The notes below the pieces were generated by a model, which saw nothing but the letters and a program-made list of their open reading frames with translations, searched no databases and was not told the origin of the DNA. Position numbers and translations under genes: made by a program. From positions 896,001 through 960,000 of the forward strand of contig CAXXMD010000003.1 in NCBI GenBank assembly GCA_963675755.2: DNA of 64,000 bases, given 5' to 3'. Below are positions 10,724 through 20,082 of this stretch, one piece after another. Origin of the DNA: a bacterium (GTDB lineage: Bacteria > Zhuqueibacterota > Zhuqueibacteria > Residuimicrobiales > Krinioviventaceae). Each line of letters opens with the position of its first letter. The first letter of the stretch is position 1.

Positions 10724-11992
10724 GCTATTTATTATTTTTAATACTTTTCCTGCAACATAATGCGAACCGGTTATACAATACATTTTTTCTGCATTATGAT
10801 CAGAGAATATTAGCTGCAATGCTTTTTCGATAGATAAAACCTCCACAGGTATTTTATATAACATCAGTTTTTCAACAATCATTTCACTTTTTATAGCTCT
10901 TTTTGAATCTGGTGGAACAACATAAACCAGATCAGCTGAGCCCGCTAATGATTTGCAGATTCCATCTACATCCTTGTCTGCCAGCAAGCCCATTACAAAA
11001 GTCTTGAAAAATTGTGGATACACATCATTCACAACCTGGACCAATTCAACAAATGCGCTTTTATTATGAGCCACATCAAGAATTACCGGAGGATGTTTTC
11101 TGAGCAATTGAAATCGGCCGCTCCAGTCTGCTGTTTGCAGACCGGATACAAGCTGACTGTCGGTAATTTTAACAAAGAATTCACTGATTCGAAATGAAGC
11201 GGCTACAATACCTGCATTGCGCGCAAATTGGGGTCCCGGAAATGGTATTTGCAAAGAAATCGCTTTATTTTCACTATTTCGTATTGCAAACTTTGTTCCA
11301 TTTTCATCAGTAACAACAGATTCTATTGAATAAATCTCATTTGCGCGGTACATTTTGCTGCTTTTCTGCTTACAAATCACTTGAATAACCTGTTCAGCTT
11401 TGCGGGGTAATTCTCCAATAATACAGGGCACATTCTTTTTAACAATCCCAGCTTTAACCTCTGCAATTTCTTCAATGCTGTTTCCTAAAAAGTCAGTATG
11501 CTCTAAATCAATGCTGGTAATAACAGACAACAACGGCGACACAACATTTGTTGCATCATCTCTGCCGCCCAGACCAGTTTCCAGAACAACCATATCCACC
11601 TGATTTTGAGCAAAATACATGAATGCCAATGCTGTCAAAGATTCAAAGAACGTGGTTCCCGCCGCCTCTATGTGGGGACGCATGGTATTAACCAGAGACA
11701 AAAAATCATCACGGGATATCATTTCGCCATTAATTCGTATCGTTTCCCGCACATCTATTAAATGCGGAGAAGTAAACAGTCCGGTTTTATAACCCGCCTG
11801 TCGCAATACAGACTCGTACATGGCTGCGGTAGTACTTTTGCCATTAGTGCCCGCTATATGAATAAATGCTGTTTTTTCGTGTGGATTATTCAGCAGTTCT
11901 AACAAATTCTCAATCCGCTCAAGGCCAAGCTGCCAGCCAGCACCCTGCAGATCCAGCATATAGTGTAATGCCTGCTGATAATCGCTGTACAT
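10712..11992 (-). CDS. folC: Folylpolyglutamate synthase/dihydrofolate synthase
   Basis: HIAGTNGKS, FTSPHL, ETGLGGRDDATN, LDVAHN, TGSHY. Confidence 0.93.
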   Translation of the reverse strand: MYSDYQQALHYMLDLQGAGWQLGLERIENLLELLNNPHEKTAFIHIAGTNGKSTTAAMYESVLRQAGYKTGLFTSPHLIDVRETIRINGEMISRDDFLSLVNTMRPHIEAAGTTFFESLTALAFMYFAQNQVDMVVLETGLGGRDDATNVVSPLLSVITSIDLEHTDFLGNSIEEIAEVKAGIVKKNVPCIIGELPRKAEQVIQVICKQKSSKMYRANEIYSIESVVTDENGTKFAIRNSENKAISLQIPFPGPQFARNAGIVAASFRISEFFVKITDSQLVSGLQTADWSGRFQLLRKHPPVILDVAHNKSAFVELVQVVNDVYPQFFKTFVMGLLADKDVDGICKSLAGSADLVYVVPPDSKRAIKSEMIVEKLMLYKIPVEVLSIEKALQLIFSDHNAEKMYCITGSHYVAGKVLKIINSLTS

Positions 11993-11999
11993 ATCCCTC

Positions 12000-13691
12000 T
12001 CAATCCACCCGGTATGGTGAATTCCAGTAAAATCGTGTCAAGCCATTATCGGTACCAAACCAGATATAATCTCCATCCAGGTAAAGAGACAGAACCAGGT
12101 CAGAGGGCAACCCATCTTCCATTGTATATTGCACCCAATATTGCCGTTCACGGTCAAATTTCAATACGCCCTCATCGGTTGCAACCCATACAGCCTTTTT
12201 ATCTGCCGCTATACGATTAATATTTCCACGGGTCTGGTACAATCTGGCTGGAGGATCAAGCCAGTCATTCTTGTCAACATCAAAAGCGGAAATACCTTCA
12301 TCCGTACCGAACCATACCTGGTTATCAAAAACAGATACTGCGTATGTAGCCCGATCTGCCGGCCCTACCGACCCTGAATAAAATCCGCCTGAATCGGAGA
12401 TTGTATCATGTACATATATTCCAAACTCTGTGGCGAGCCACAAGAGGTTATATTGCTGTTCAATGTCATAAATTACCAGATTGCGCAATGCGGGATAATT
12501 GAGATGGGTAAGTTTATCTTTATAATACCCAGAACTGTTCCGGCTCAGATAAGATACACCCTCATCAGTTGCTACCCATACATGTTCTCCATCTGTAATG
12601 ACATCATGAACATAATTATCAACCAGGTTATCAGAAGAGTTCAAGGTACGCCAGTTATCACGATCGCGATCATGACGAACCAGCCCGTTTTCAGTCCCAA
12701 ACCAGACAAAATCCTCATCACTGGCAATAGAGGTCACCTGGGCGTTATCAAACCCGGTAAACAAATATTCTTCATAAAATGTCGATTCCTGGGCTTGTGG
12801 ATCAAACAGCGTTACAGCATTACGTTCTTCCTGAATGCCGCCCAGCCAGAACGATTCATGGTCTCTGTAAATAGCATCAACATTCTGATCCCACAATCCA
12901 TAATTCAGCATCTCAAGGCGTTGGGTCAACACATCGCCTTTACCGGCACCAAGCCCCCAGGTTCCCAACCAGACTTTGTTCCAACGATCAAATGCCCACG
13001 CGGTTATGGGGTATTCTCTAAACTGCAAATCTTTAATCAACAGGTCCTTTTCGTTAAAAAAGTAGCCGTTATCCATAAACATATAATTCAGCTTGGTGCG
13101 CTTGTTGTCATGCAGCCATTGCCACTCGATATTGTTTTGATTTGTAAAATTGTCCAGATTTTGCACATTTCCTGCTTCTTTAAAAAAAGCCAGCATGGTA
13201 TTGTTGGTAACATAAATATTGCGGTCCGGGGTCATGATATATACATTGTGATTTCCAAATCCCAAAGCTATTGCTTTTTGATCAAACTCGACCGGCATCT
13301 CATCATAAAAAGCATTAAACCAGCGATGCGTTGCCGGTTCCATGTAACTGATACCGGTTTCTCTTACACACCACAAAAATCCCGTAGAAAAATCTAACGC
13401 GGTTATAAATATATTCTGATCTGCCAGGCCATTACTGATGGTGTAGGGAGTTTCCCACTTTTCGCTGAAATAATTATAACGGGTTATGCCCCCGGTTGTT
13501 GAAAAATAGACATACTGTTCACCTACCGACACATGACGAACAAACCGTGTAGATGAATAGGTTATCCAATCACCATCCTCGTAATGCCGGTTTGTCTCAC
13601 GTATACGATACGAAGCAAATGATGCTGATGAAAAAATCATTATACTCAGCAAACACAAAACCAGTACCTTTTGCAGTCTATGCAGTTTCAT
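12000..13691 (-). CDS. Secreted beta-propeller protein (two-component regulator propeller-like repeats)
   Basis: Signal peptide ending SFA; many W(F/V)(G/A)TxxG(L/V/I) repeats plus GLxxxxV motifs; no kinase domain. Confidence 0.7.
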   Translation of the reverse strand: MKLHRLQKVLVLCLLSIMIFSSASFASYRIRETNRHYEDGDWITYSSTRFVRHVSVGEQYVYFSTTGGITRYNYFSEKWETPYTISNGLADQNIFITALDFSTGFLWCVRETGISYMEPATHRWFNAFYDEMPVEFDQKAIALGFGNHNVYIMTPDRNIYVTNNTMLAFFKEAGNVQNLDNFTNQNNIEWQWLHDNKRTKLNYMFMDNGYFFNEKDLLIKDLQFREYPITAWAFDRWNKVWLGTWGLGAGKGDVLTQRLEMLNYGLWDQNVDAIYRDHESFWLGGIQEERNAVTLFDPQAQESTFYEEYLFTGFDNAQVTSIASDEDFVWFGTENGLVRHDRDRDNWRTLNSSDNLVDNYVHDVITDGEHVWVATDEGVSYLSRNSSGYYKDKLTHLNYPALRNLVIYDIEQQYNLLWLATEFGIYVHDTISDSGGFYSGSVGPADRATYAVSVFDNQVWFGTDEGISAFDVDKNDWLDPPARLYQTRGNINRIAADKKAVWVATDEGVLKFDRERQYWVQYTMEDGLPSDLVLSLYLDGDYIWFGTDNGLTRFYWNSPYRVD

Positions 13692-13700
13692 TCCCTACCC

Positions 13701-15047
13701 CTAATCTTTGATTCCATACTTTTTCAGCTTTTTGTGTAAATTGGCGCGGTCTGTATCCAAAATCTGGGCAATCTTGCTAACATTCCCTTTATATTTTGAA
13801 TGGGCGTCCATCAGTACACGTTTTTCAAAATCTATCATTTGCTGCTTTAATGAAACATTTTTGGTTACAATTTCTTTTTCCGGTACGGATGCGTCTCCCA
13901 GGGCTGTTTGAATATCGGCTGCTTCAATAATATCCGACGGATTCATGATTGCTAAACGCTCAATGGTATTCCTGAGTTCCCGTATGTTGCCCGGCCAGGG
14001 ATATAACATCAATTCTGCAATAGCAGACGGGCTGATTTCTTTTTCTTTTTTACCATTCCTGACCGAATAGATCCGCATAAAATGCTTTGCCAAAATGGGT
14101 ATATCCTGCACCCGGTCTTTTAATGGTGGTACGGTAATGGGCACCACATTCAAACGAAAGTACAAATCTTCCCGAAAGCGTTCCTGTTCAATCTCTTTTA
14201 AAAGATCTTTGTTGGTTGCTGAAATAATACGAACATTGAACTTTATGGGTTTTGTCCCCCCCAGCCTGAAAAACTCATTTTCCTGCAAGACCCGAAGCAG
14301 TTTGGCCTGGGTCTCGAGAGACATGTCACCCACTTCATCCAATAGCAGAGTTCCGCCTTCAGCAGATTCAATTAATCCAATCTTTTGGCGTGCGGCGCCT
14401 GTAAATGCACCTCTTTCATAGCCAAAAAGCTCGCTTTCAATCAAATCTTTGGGGAACGCGGCGCAATTCAACTGTACAAACGGGCCTTTTTTACGCAGAC
14501 TTTTGTAATGGATATCACGGGCAACCAGTTCTTTACCGCTGCCGTTTTCACCATAAATCAAAATCCTTCCATCACTGGGCGCTGCCTGTTCAATGGTTTT
14601 GCGCAATTCACGCATAACAACCGTCTCGCCAAGCATTTGATGGTCCAGATCTACCAGCTTTTCCAGTTCTTTCATCCGGTCACGGATGGCTGATTGTTCT
14701 TTGATCTTTTTCAGTTCTAAAATAACTTTATCAGGATTCAGCGGCTTTTCCATAAAATCATATGCACCCAGCTTGGTGGCCTGCACCGCTGTGGCAATAT
14801 CCGCATTGCCTGAAATCATGAACACAATCAAAGCGGGTTGTATCCCCAATATTTCCTTTAACGCTTCAATACCGCTCATGCCCCCCATCATTACATCCAG
14901 AAACGCGATATCAAAATTTCGGGTCCGGGCAATTTCTACCGCCTCTTCTCCCGAGTTACAGGTTTCAACCTGATGGCCCTCACGGCCAAGCAGCCATTTT
15001 AACGATTCACATATATTTTTTTCGTCATCAGCTACAAGAATGTTCAT
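13701..15047 (-). CDS. Sigma54-dependent response regulator (NtrC/NtrX family)
   Basis: Receiver domain (DDE, LDVMM, KP), GENGSGKE, ESELFG, GAFTGA, FREDLYFRLNV, WPGNIRELRN, Fis-type HTH. Confidence 0.92.
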   Translation of the reverse strand: MNILVADDEKNICESLKWLLGREGHQVETCNSGEEAVEIARTRNFDIAFLDVMMGGMSGIEALKEILGIQPALIVFMISGNADIATAVQATKLGAYDFMEKPLNPDKVILELKKIKEQSAIRDRMKELEKLVDLDHQMLGETVVMRELRKTIEQAAPSDGRILIYGENGSGKELVARDIHYKSLRKKGPFVQLNCAAFPKDLIESELFGYERGAFTGAARQKIGLIESAEGGTLLLDEVGDMSLETQAKLLRVLQENEFFRLGGTKPIKFNVRIISATNKDLLKEIEQERFREDLYFRLNVVPITVPPLKDRVQDIPILAKHFMRIYSVRNGKKEKEISPSAIAELMLYPWPGNIRELRNTIERLAIMNPSDIIEAADIQTALGDASVPEKEIVTKNVSLKQQMIDFEKRVLMDAHSKYKGNVSKIAQILDTDRANLHKKLKKYGIKD

Positions 15048-16336
15048 TGCATAACACCCGGTTTTTGGCCGTCCTGTTCCACCAGCCTGTTGATTCGGCT
15101 GGCATTGGCAGGAGACGCAATTAATTTCACGATTGTTTTATTATCCTCAGTATATTCAATATCAGAGACATCTCCCAATTCATGCAATTGCGAAATCAGT
15201 CGTGTTTGGTGCGAATCCAGAACCAGCTCCATAGCCCGGGTATTTTTCTCTGCAAATTCTAAAACTTTGGCCTCCAGATCGTGCAAATAGATGCCCCGCT
15301 CTGCGGAAACAAACACACAAGGCTCATCGGTCAATTTCAATTTATCAATAATGGCGGAATCTTCCAGCAGGTCAATTTTATTAAAGACTTTGAGAACAGG
15401 TTTACCCTTAACTCCCATTTCCTCAAGAACTTTTTCTACTACAGTAATCTGGTCCATAAAATCAGGAGAAGAGATATCAATCACATGCAGCAACAGATCG
15501 GCTTCAGAGACTTCTTCAAGGGTGCTTTTAAAAGAGGCTACCAGATGATGTGGTAATTTCCGGATAAATCCCACTGTATCAATCAGCAGCATGTTTCTGT
15601 GTTCAGAGATATCAAGATTACGGATTGTTGAGTCCAGTGTTGCAAACAACTGATCTCGCACCAGGGTACCTGCACCAGTCAGGGCATTCATCATGGTAGA
15701 TTTACCGGCATTGGTATAGCCCACCAGCGCAGCCTTGAACAACTCGTTGCGTTTTTTACGACGGTTATCACGTTGTTTTTTAATACGTTCCAGTTCTTCT
15801 TCAAGCACACTGATACGCTTACGGATCAACCGACGATCCACTTCAAGCTGGGTTTCACCAGGGCCCCTTACACCAATACCACCTACCTGTCGGGACAAGT
15901 GAGTCCATTGTCGTGTTAAACGGGGAAGAAAATAATTCAACTGGGCCAGCTCTACCTGGGTGCGCGCTTCCCGGGTACGGGCGTGTTTGGCAAAAATATC
16001 CAGAATCAGACCGCTTCTGTCTAATATTTTCAGCTTGGTCATATTTTCAATATTCTTGACTTGTGCGGGTGACAGGTCATCATCAAAGATGATAATATCC
16101 GCATTGATATATTTGGCAATATTTGCCACTTCTTCAATCTTGCCCCGACCCAGCATATAAGCGGGATCCATTTTAGTGCGCTCCTGCACTACCCTTTCAA
16201 GTACTTCGGCACCCGCGGTATCTGCCAGTAATTCGAGTTCATCCAGATAATCATCTACCTGAGAGCGGCGCTGTCCATAACGAACCAGCCCAACGACTAT
16301 GGCCCGCTCCCGATTAAATATCATTGTATTTTGCAA
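15044..16336 (-). CDS. hflX: GTPase HflX
   Basis: ILDIFAKHARTREA, GPGETQLEVDRR, GYTNAGKS, LFATLD, DTVGFI, NKID. Confidence 0.96.
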   Translation of the reverse strand: MQNTMIFNRERAIVVGLVRYGQRRSQVDDYLDELELLADTAGAEVLERVVQERTKMDPAYMLGRGKIEEVANIAKYINADIIIFDDDLSPAQVKNIENMTKLKILDRSGLILDIFAKHARTREARTQVELAQLNYFLPRLTRQWTHLSRQVGGIGVRGPGETQLEVDRRLIRKRISVLEEELERIKKQRDNRRKKRNELFKAALVGYTNAGKSTMMNALTGAGTLVRDQLFATLDSTIRNLDISEHRNMLLIDTVGFIRKLPHHLVASFKSTLEEVSEADLLLHVIDISSPDFMDQITVVEKVLEEMGVKGKPVLKVFNKIDLLEDSAIIDKLKLTDEPCVFVSAERGIYLHDLEAKVLEFAEKNTRAMELVLDSHQTRLISQLHELGDVSDIEYTEDNKTIVKLIASPANASRINRLVEQDGQKPGVMQ

Positions 16337-16379
16337 TAAAACCTCATTCTTACATAAATTTCAGCGGTCAATCAATTTG

Positions 16380-18455
16380 TTATTCTTCAAGACTTGACCG
16401 ACTTTTAAACAACAGCATTTCGATAACAACAAGCACCAATGCTGCCAGTACAAAATAAAACCACAATTCCACACCATAACGGTTCTGATACATAAACGTT
16501 GCAATATCAGCATTTTCATCCACAAAATTTACACCGAAACGGCTTTTCATTTCTTTTTCATCAACAGGGGTCAGATCCGATTCACGGGAATCCGTATTTA
16601 CTGCCCAATTCCATAAAGTCTGGTTATTCGCCAACAGCTCATATATACCCGGCTCATTTGTTTCTACATATTCAACTCGGGGGCCCGACGCATGAACAAC
16701 CGGTTCTATACGATCAAAACTGCCATCAGGGCGTTTGATTTCCAACTTTTCCTGAACATGTTCAACCGCCAGCGAGGTTCGCAAGGGGTTACCCACTATT
16801 GTTGAAAGTGAATCTGTTTTATATCTTGACCCGGCATATTGAACAATACGGTTCATCAAAGGTGCAAACAGCGTACGTCGCGACAAATCAGTTATTTCAG
16901 GCTGTAAACCGCTGGTGAGTACCAGTATTGTTCCCTCACCCAAAGATTTTTTAAACAAATAGGGATCGCCGGTACTGTAATCAAATATACGCTCAAAGGA
17001 CTGATTTGTATCCATCACATTGGCGTAACCGAAACGCGGTTTATCGAAATCCGAATTTACATTCTCAAACATACCATAAAACAGGGGATGAGAAAAATCC
17101 ATTGCACCCAGAGAAAATGTAGTATACTCTGTTGAAATGCTGTTTCCAATACTCGATTTGATTTCGGGCAAGCGCATTTGGTTTAAAAAGCGATTAAACG
17201 CCTGGATGTCGGTATGCGGCCCCAATACAAGAAACAAACCACCGCCATTCTGAACAAATGAATAAATCCGGTCAACCATATTATTGGGTACAGACATGAT
17301 ATCCACCAACACCAGTACATCATATCCCGAGATACGGGTTGTGGCAAAATCGCTGCTGTTGATTATGTCCAGAGCAAAGCGGTTCATCTCAACATGTCTG
17401 GGATTCAAGGCCATGGATAAAAGATCAGCGTCCCTGGTATTTGTATAAACCAGGCCGGCTTTTATTTGTTCCGGCACATAGATTGAAAAATATCGGTTAT
17501 TGTCCATAGCCAGATCATCATCTTCCAGCTTTACATACCCATTAATAAATCCGGCCTTGTTCAAAACAAATTTAAACGTTTCAACCGCAGAAGCATTTGG
17601 CGGCAATTGCAATATAGTTTGCGCGGTTTTTTCATCATTGACAAACAGCTCTGCCAATGTATTCTCTGTTGCATGTTTGCCCGAATTGAAAAATTCGACC
17701 TGTAATTCAACCAGCTTTTCTTTTTCAAGCAAGGTTGAAACAATTTTTAAATCTTTAATACCAATATTATGGATAGAGCTGGCACGCAGGGGTATTGCGA
17801 ATGTATTTACAGCGGCATCATGTATTGAAACAGTATCCTGGCTGGTTAAAAAATCCTGAAGATCTGAAAAAATATAAATTTCTTTATTCACATCCCGCGA
17901 CTGCTGCAGCAAGCTGTGAGCTTTTTGTATAGCTGCGGACAAGTTTCCGCTTGTATAACCCGGTTGCAGGGATTCAATCTTTTCCGATATAAATTCTCCC
18001 GGTCGCTCGCCTCCCTTTAATGCCTGTGATGTGTCTGTTACAGAAACAAAATAGGCATTGTCTCCCTGCTGAATGGACGCAACCAATGCTTCTGCTTTTA
18101 TTTTTGCGCGCTCCAGTAAAGACTGGTTTTCCGTAACCGCGTTCATGCTGTATGAATTATCCAGTATTACAGCCAAACTCGATTTGGCATTACTTTCAAG
18201 CACTCCGGATAATGTTCCCTGTAATGTGGGTCTGGCAAATGCCAGCACAAGCAACAAGATGATCAAAGTACGTATAATCAAAAGCAGCAATTGCTTGATC
18301 TTTAACCTTTTGATCTTTTGCTGTTGCAGCTCTTTGAGAAAACTCAGCGTACTGAACGGTATGTTCCTTGAACGGGAGCGGTTTAAAAAATGAATAAGCA
18401 GTGGAATGGAAGCGGCTATTAAACCAATTAATATACCGGGATTTATAAAGTTCAA
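16380..18455 (-). CDS. BatA-type N-terminal double-TM + VWA domain membrane protein
   Basis: PLLIHFLNR...FSTLSFL...AFARP, MIDAS-like DNSYSM and SDLQ, DDLAMDN, AVNTDSRESDL, C-terminal TM (ELWFYF). Confidence 0.8.
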   Translation of the reverse strand: MNFINPGILIGLIAASIPLLIHFLNRSRSRNIPFSTLSFLKELQQQKIKRLKIKQLLLLIIRTLIILLLVLAFARPTLQGTLSGVLESNAKSSLAVILDNSYSMNAVTENQSLLERAKIKAEALVASIQQGDNAYFVSVTDTSQALKGGERPGEFISEKIESLQPGYTSGNLSAAIQKAHSLLQQSRDVNKEIYIFSDLQDFLTSQDTVSIHDAAVNTFAIPLRASSIHNIGIKDLKIVSTLLEKEKLVELQVEFFNSGKHATENTLAELFVNDEKTAQTILQLPPNASAVETFKFVLNKAGFINGYVKLEDDDLAMDNNRYFSIYVPEQIKAGLVYTNTRDADLLSMALNPRHVEMNRFALDIINSSDFATTRISGYDVLVLVDIMSVPNNMVDRIYSFVQNGGGLFLVLGPHTDIQAFNRFLNQMRLPEIKSSIGNSISTEYTTFSLGAMDFSHPLFYGMFENVNSDFDKPRFGYANVMDTNQSFERIFDYSTGDPYLFKKSLGEGTILVLTSGLQPEITDLSRRTLFAPLMNRIVQYAGSRYKTDSLSTIVGNPLRTSLAVEHVQEKLEIKRPDGSFDRIEPVVHASGPRVEYVETNEPGIYELLANNQTLWNWAVNTDSRESDLTPVDEKEMKSRFGVNFVDENADIATFMYQNRYGVELWFYFVLAALVLVVIEMLLFKSRSSLEE

Positions 18456-18501
18456 TTTTACCTACATAATTTAAATCAAAATAACAGGTACCCGAATGTT
18501 G

Positions 18502-19290
18502 CTATTTGGAGAAAAATGATCGTAATTTGTTACCGAATCCTTTTTTTGCCTCTTCTGCTACCGGCTTTGCCTCTCCAATGGAAATATCCTGGCCCTGTAT
18601 CAGTTTTTTCGGATTTATATTAAACAACAATTCAGCACGATCAGTTCCCCAGGTTTCGGCTACCAGATTGTAAGCATTTTTTAACAACAAGGGTCGGGAT
18701 GTAAGATTGTGTGCATCAGTAGCTACAACATGAACCAGATTGGCATCCAGTAATTTAAATGCCAGATTTTTCACTTGAGATCCGAAATTGCCCAGCAGAC
18801 TACCGGCAGTAACCTGCAATAAGGTTCCTCGTTCTACAAAATCATATGCCTTGTCTGGAGACTCTAAAAATCCGCCATTTCGTTCCGGATGTGCCAAAAC
18901 CGGTGTATTACCATCCATCAAATAATTGAAAAACATCTGCGGAGCATGGTCTGGTATTAAAGCCATGGGAAACTCGACCAGAAAATACCTGCCATTTTGC
19001 GCAAAGGTACTAATCTTTTGGTCCAGTTTTAATTCGGGCTGTAAATATAATTCACCACCCATGTGAATGGTAATGGGGATATTTTCAGCCTTGGCGCGTT
19101 CTACCAGTTCTTCATACAAGGCCCATACTTCTTCTTCCCGATCAAGATCGGCTTGAGACAACAAATGCGGGGTACAAACAATCTCAGTAATACCATCTTT
19201 ATGCGCCTGTCGCAACATATCCAGTGATACTTCCCAGTTTGGCGCACCGTCATCCCAGTGGGCAATCACATGTGAGTGTGTATCTATCAA
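18502..19290 (-). CDS. PHP-family tyrosine-protein phosphatase (CpsB/CapC/YwqE-like)
   Basis: IDTHSH...DDGA, TPH, LAHPERN, ATDAH...RP. Confidence 0.88.
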   Translation of the reverse strand: MIDTHSHVIAHWDDGAPNWEVSLDMLRQAHKDGITEIVCTPHLLSQADLDREEEVWALYEELVERAKAENIPITIHMGGELYLQPELKLDQKISTFAQNGRYFLVEFPMALIPDHAPQMFFNYLMDGNTPVLAHPERNGGFLESPDKAYDFVERGTLLQVTAGSLLGNFGSQVKNLAFKLLDANLVHVVATDAHNLTSRPLLLKNAYNLVAETWGTDRAELLFNINPKKLIQGQDISIGEAKPVAEEAKKGFGNKLRSFFSK

Positions 19291-19306
19291 AATATTTTTC
19301 TATGCT

Positions 19307-20056
19307 TTAATTTTCTTTACAATGTATGGCGTCAGCAAATGCTTTAATTAATTCCGGGTCCTGGTTGTTTTCCAGAACATTGCCTGTTACAATAAAACTG
19401 GCACCGGCAAGTATTTTATTCCGGGCATCTTCCGGTTTACGGATTCCCCCGCCAACAATCAAAGGCATATTGCTGTATTTGCCAATAATCTTGATCATTT
19501 CTTCAGGAACCGAATATTTTGCACCACTGCCTGCTTCCAGGTATGCCAATCGCATCCCTAAAAACTCGGAAGCCAATACATGTGCTATGGCAATATCCGG
19601 TTTTTCACGCGGCAACGGACGCGTATCGCTTATAAATTGCGCGGTTGTCATGTTTCCGGATTCAACAAACATATATGCTGTAGAAATTGTCTCCAGATCC
19701 ATAGATTTGATGATGGGCGCGGCCATAACCTGCTCACCTATCAACCGATGAGGATTCCTGCCGCTGACCAGCGATAAAAACAAAACTGCATCTGCATAAG
19801 GAGACAACTGACGCGTACTGCCAGGGAAAATTATAAGCGGCAAATTACATTCTGCTTTAATTGCCTGTATCAGTTCATCAAAACAATTTTTAAATAACAG
19901 ACTACCCCCAACCAGCAGGGCGTCAACACCGGCGGTTTCACATTTTTGGGCCAGTGCTACTGCTTCACTGATCTCCTGCTTGTCAGGATCTATGAGAACA
20001 AAATAGCCGCCGCCTCTTTGCTCTTTTACCTGAAGGAGCTTTTCAATGACCTTCAA
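19307..20056 (-). CDS. Geranylgeranylglyceryl phosphate synthase (group II GGGP synthase/PcrB family)
   Basis: LIDPDK, LVGGS, FPG, SLVSGRNP, YLEAGSGA, IVGGGIR, VTGN. Confidence 0.92.
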   Translation of the reverse strand: MKVIEKLLQVKEQRGGGYFVLIDPDKQEISEAVALAQKCETAGVDALLVGGSLLFKNCFDELIQAIKAECNLPLIIFPGSTRQLSPYADAVLFLSLVSGRNPHRLIGEQVMAAPIIKSMDLETISTAYMFVESGNMTTAQFISDTRPLPREKPDIAIAHVLASEFLGMRLAYLEAGSGAKYSVPEEMIKIIGKYSNMPLIVGGGIRKPEDARNKILAGASFIVTGNVLENNQDPELIKAFADAIHCKEN

Positions 20057-20082
20057 TTCTTATCTGGTCCTTTCGGCGTTTC

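Noticed and set aside
12408-13397. 329-aa plus-strand ORF
   Set aside because: Antisense shadow of the beta-propeller gene with no recognisable motifs. The same applies to 7959-8585, 20593-21273, 21832-22497, 26786-27415 and 29526-30230.
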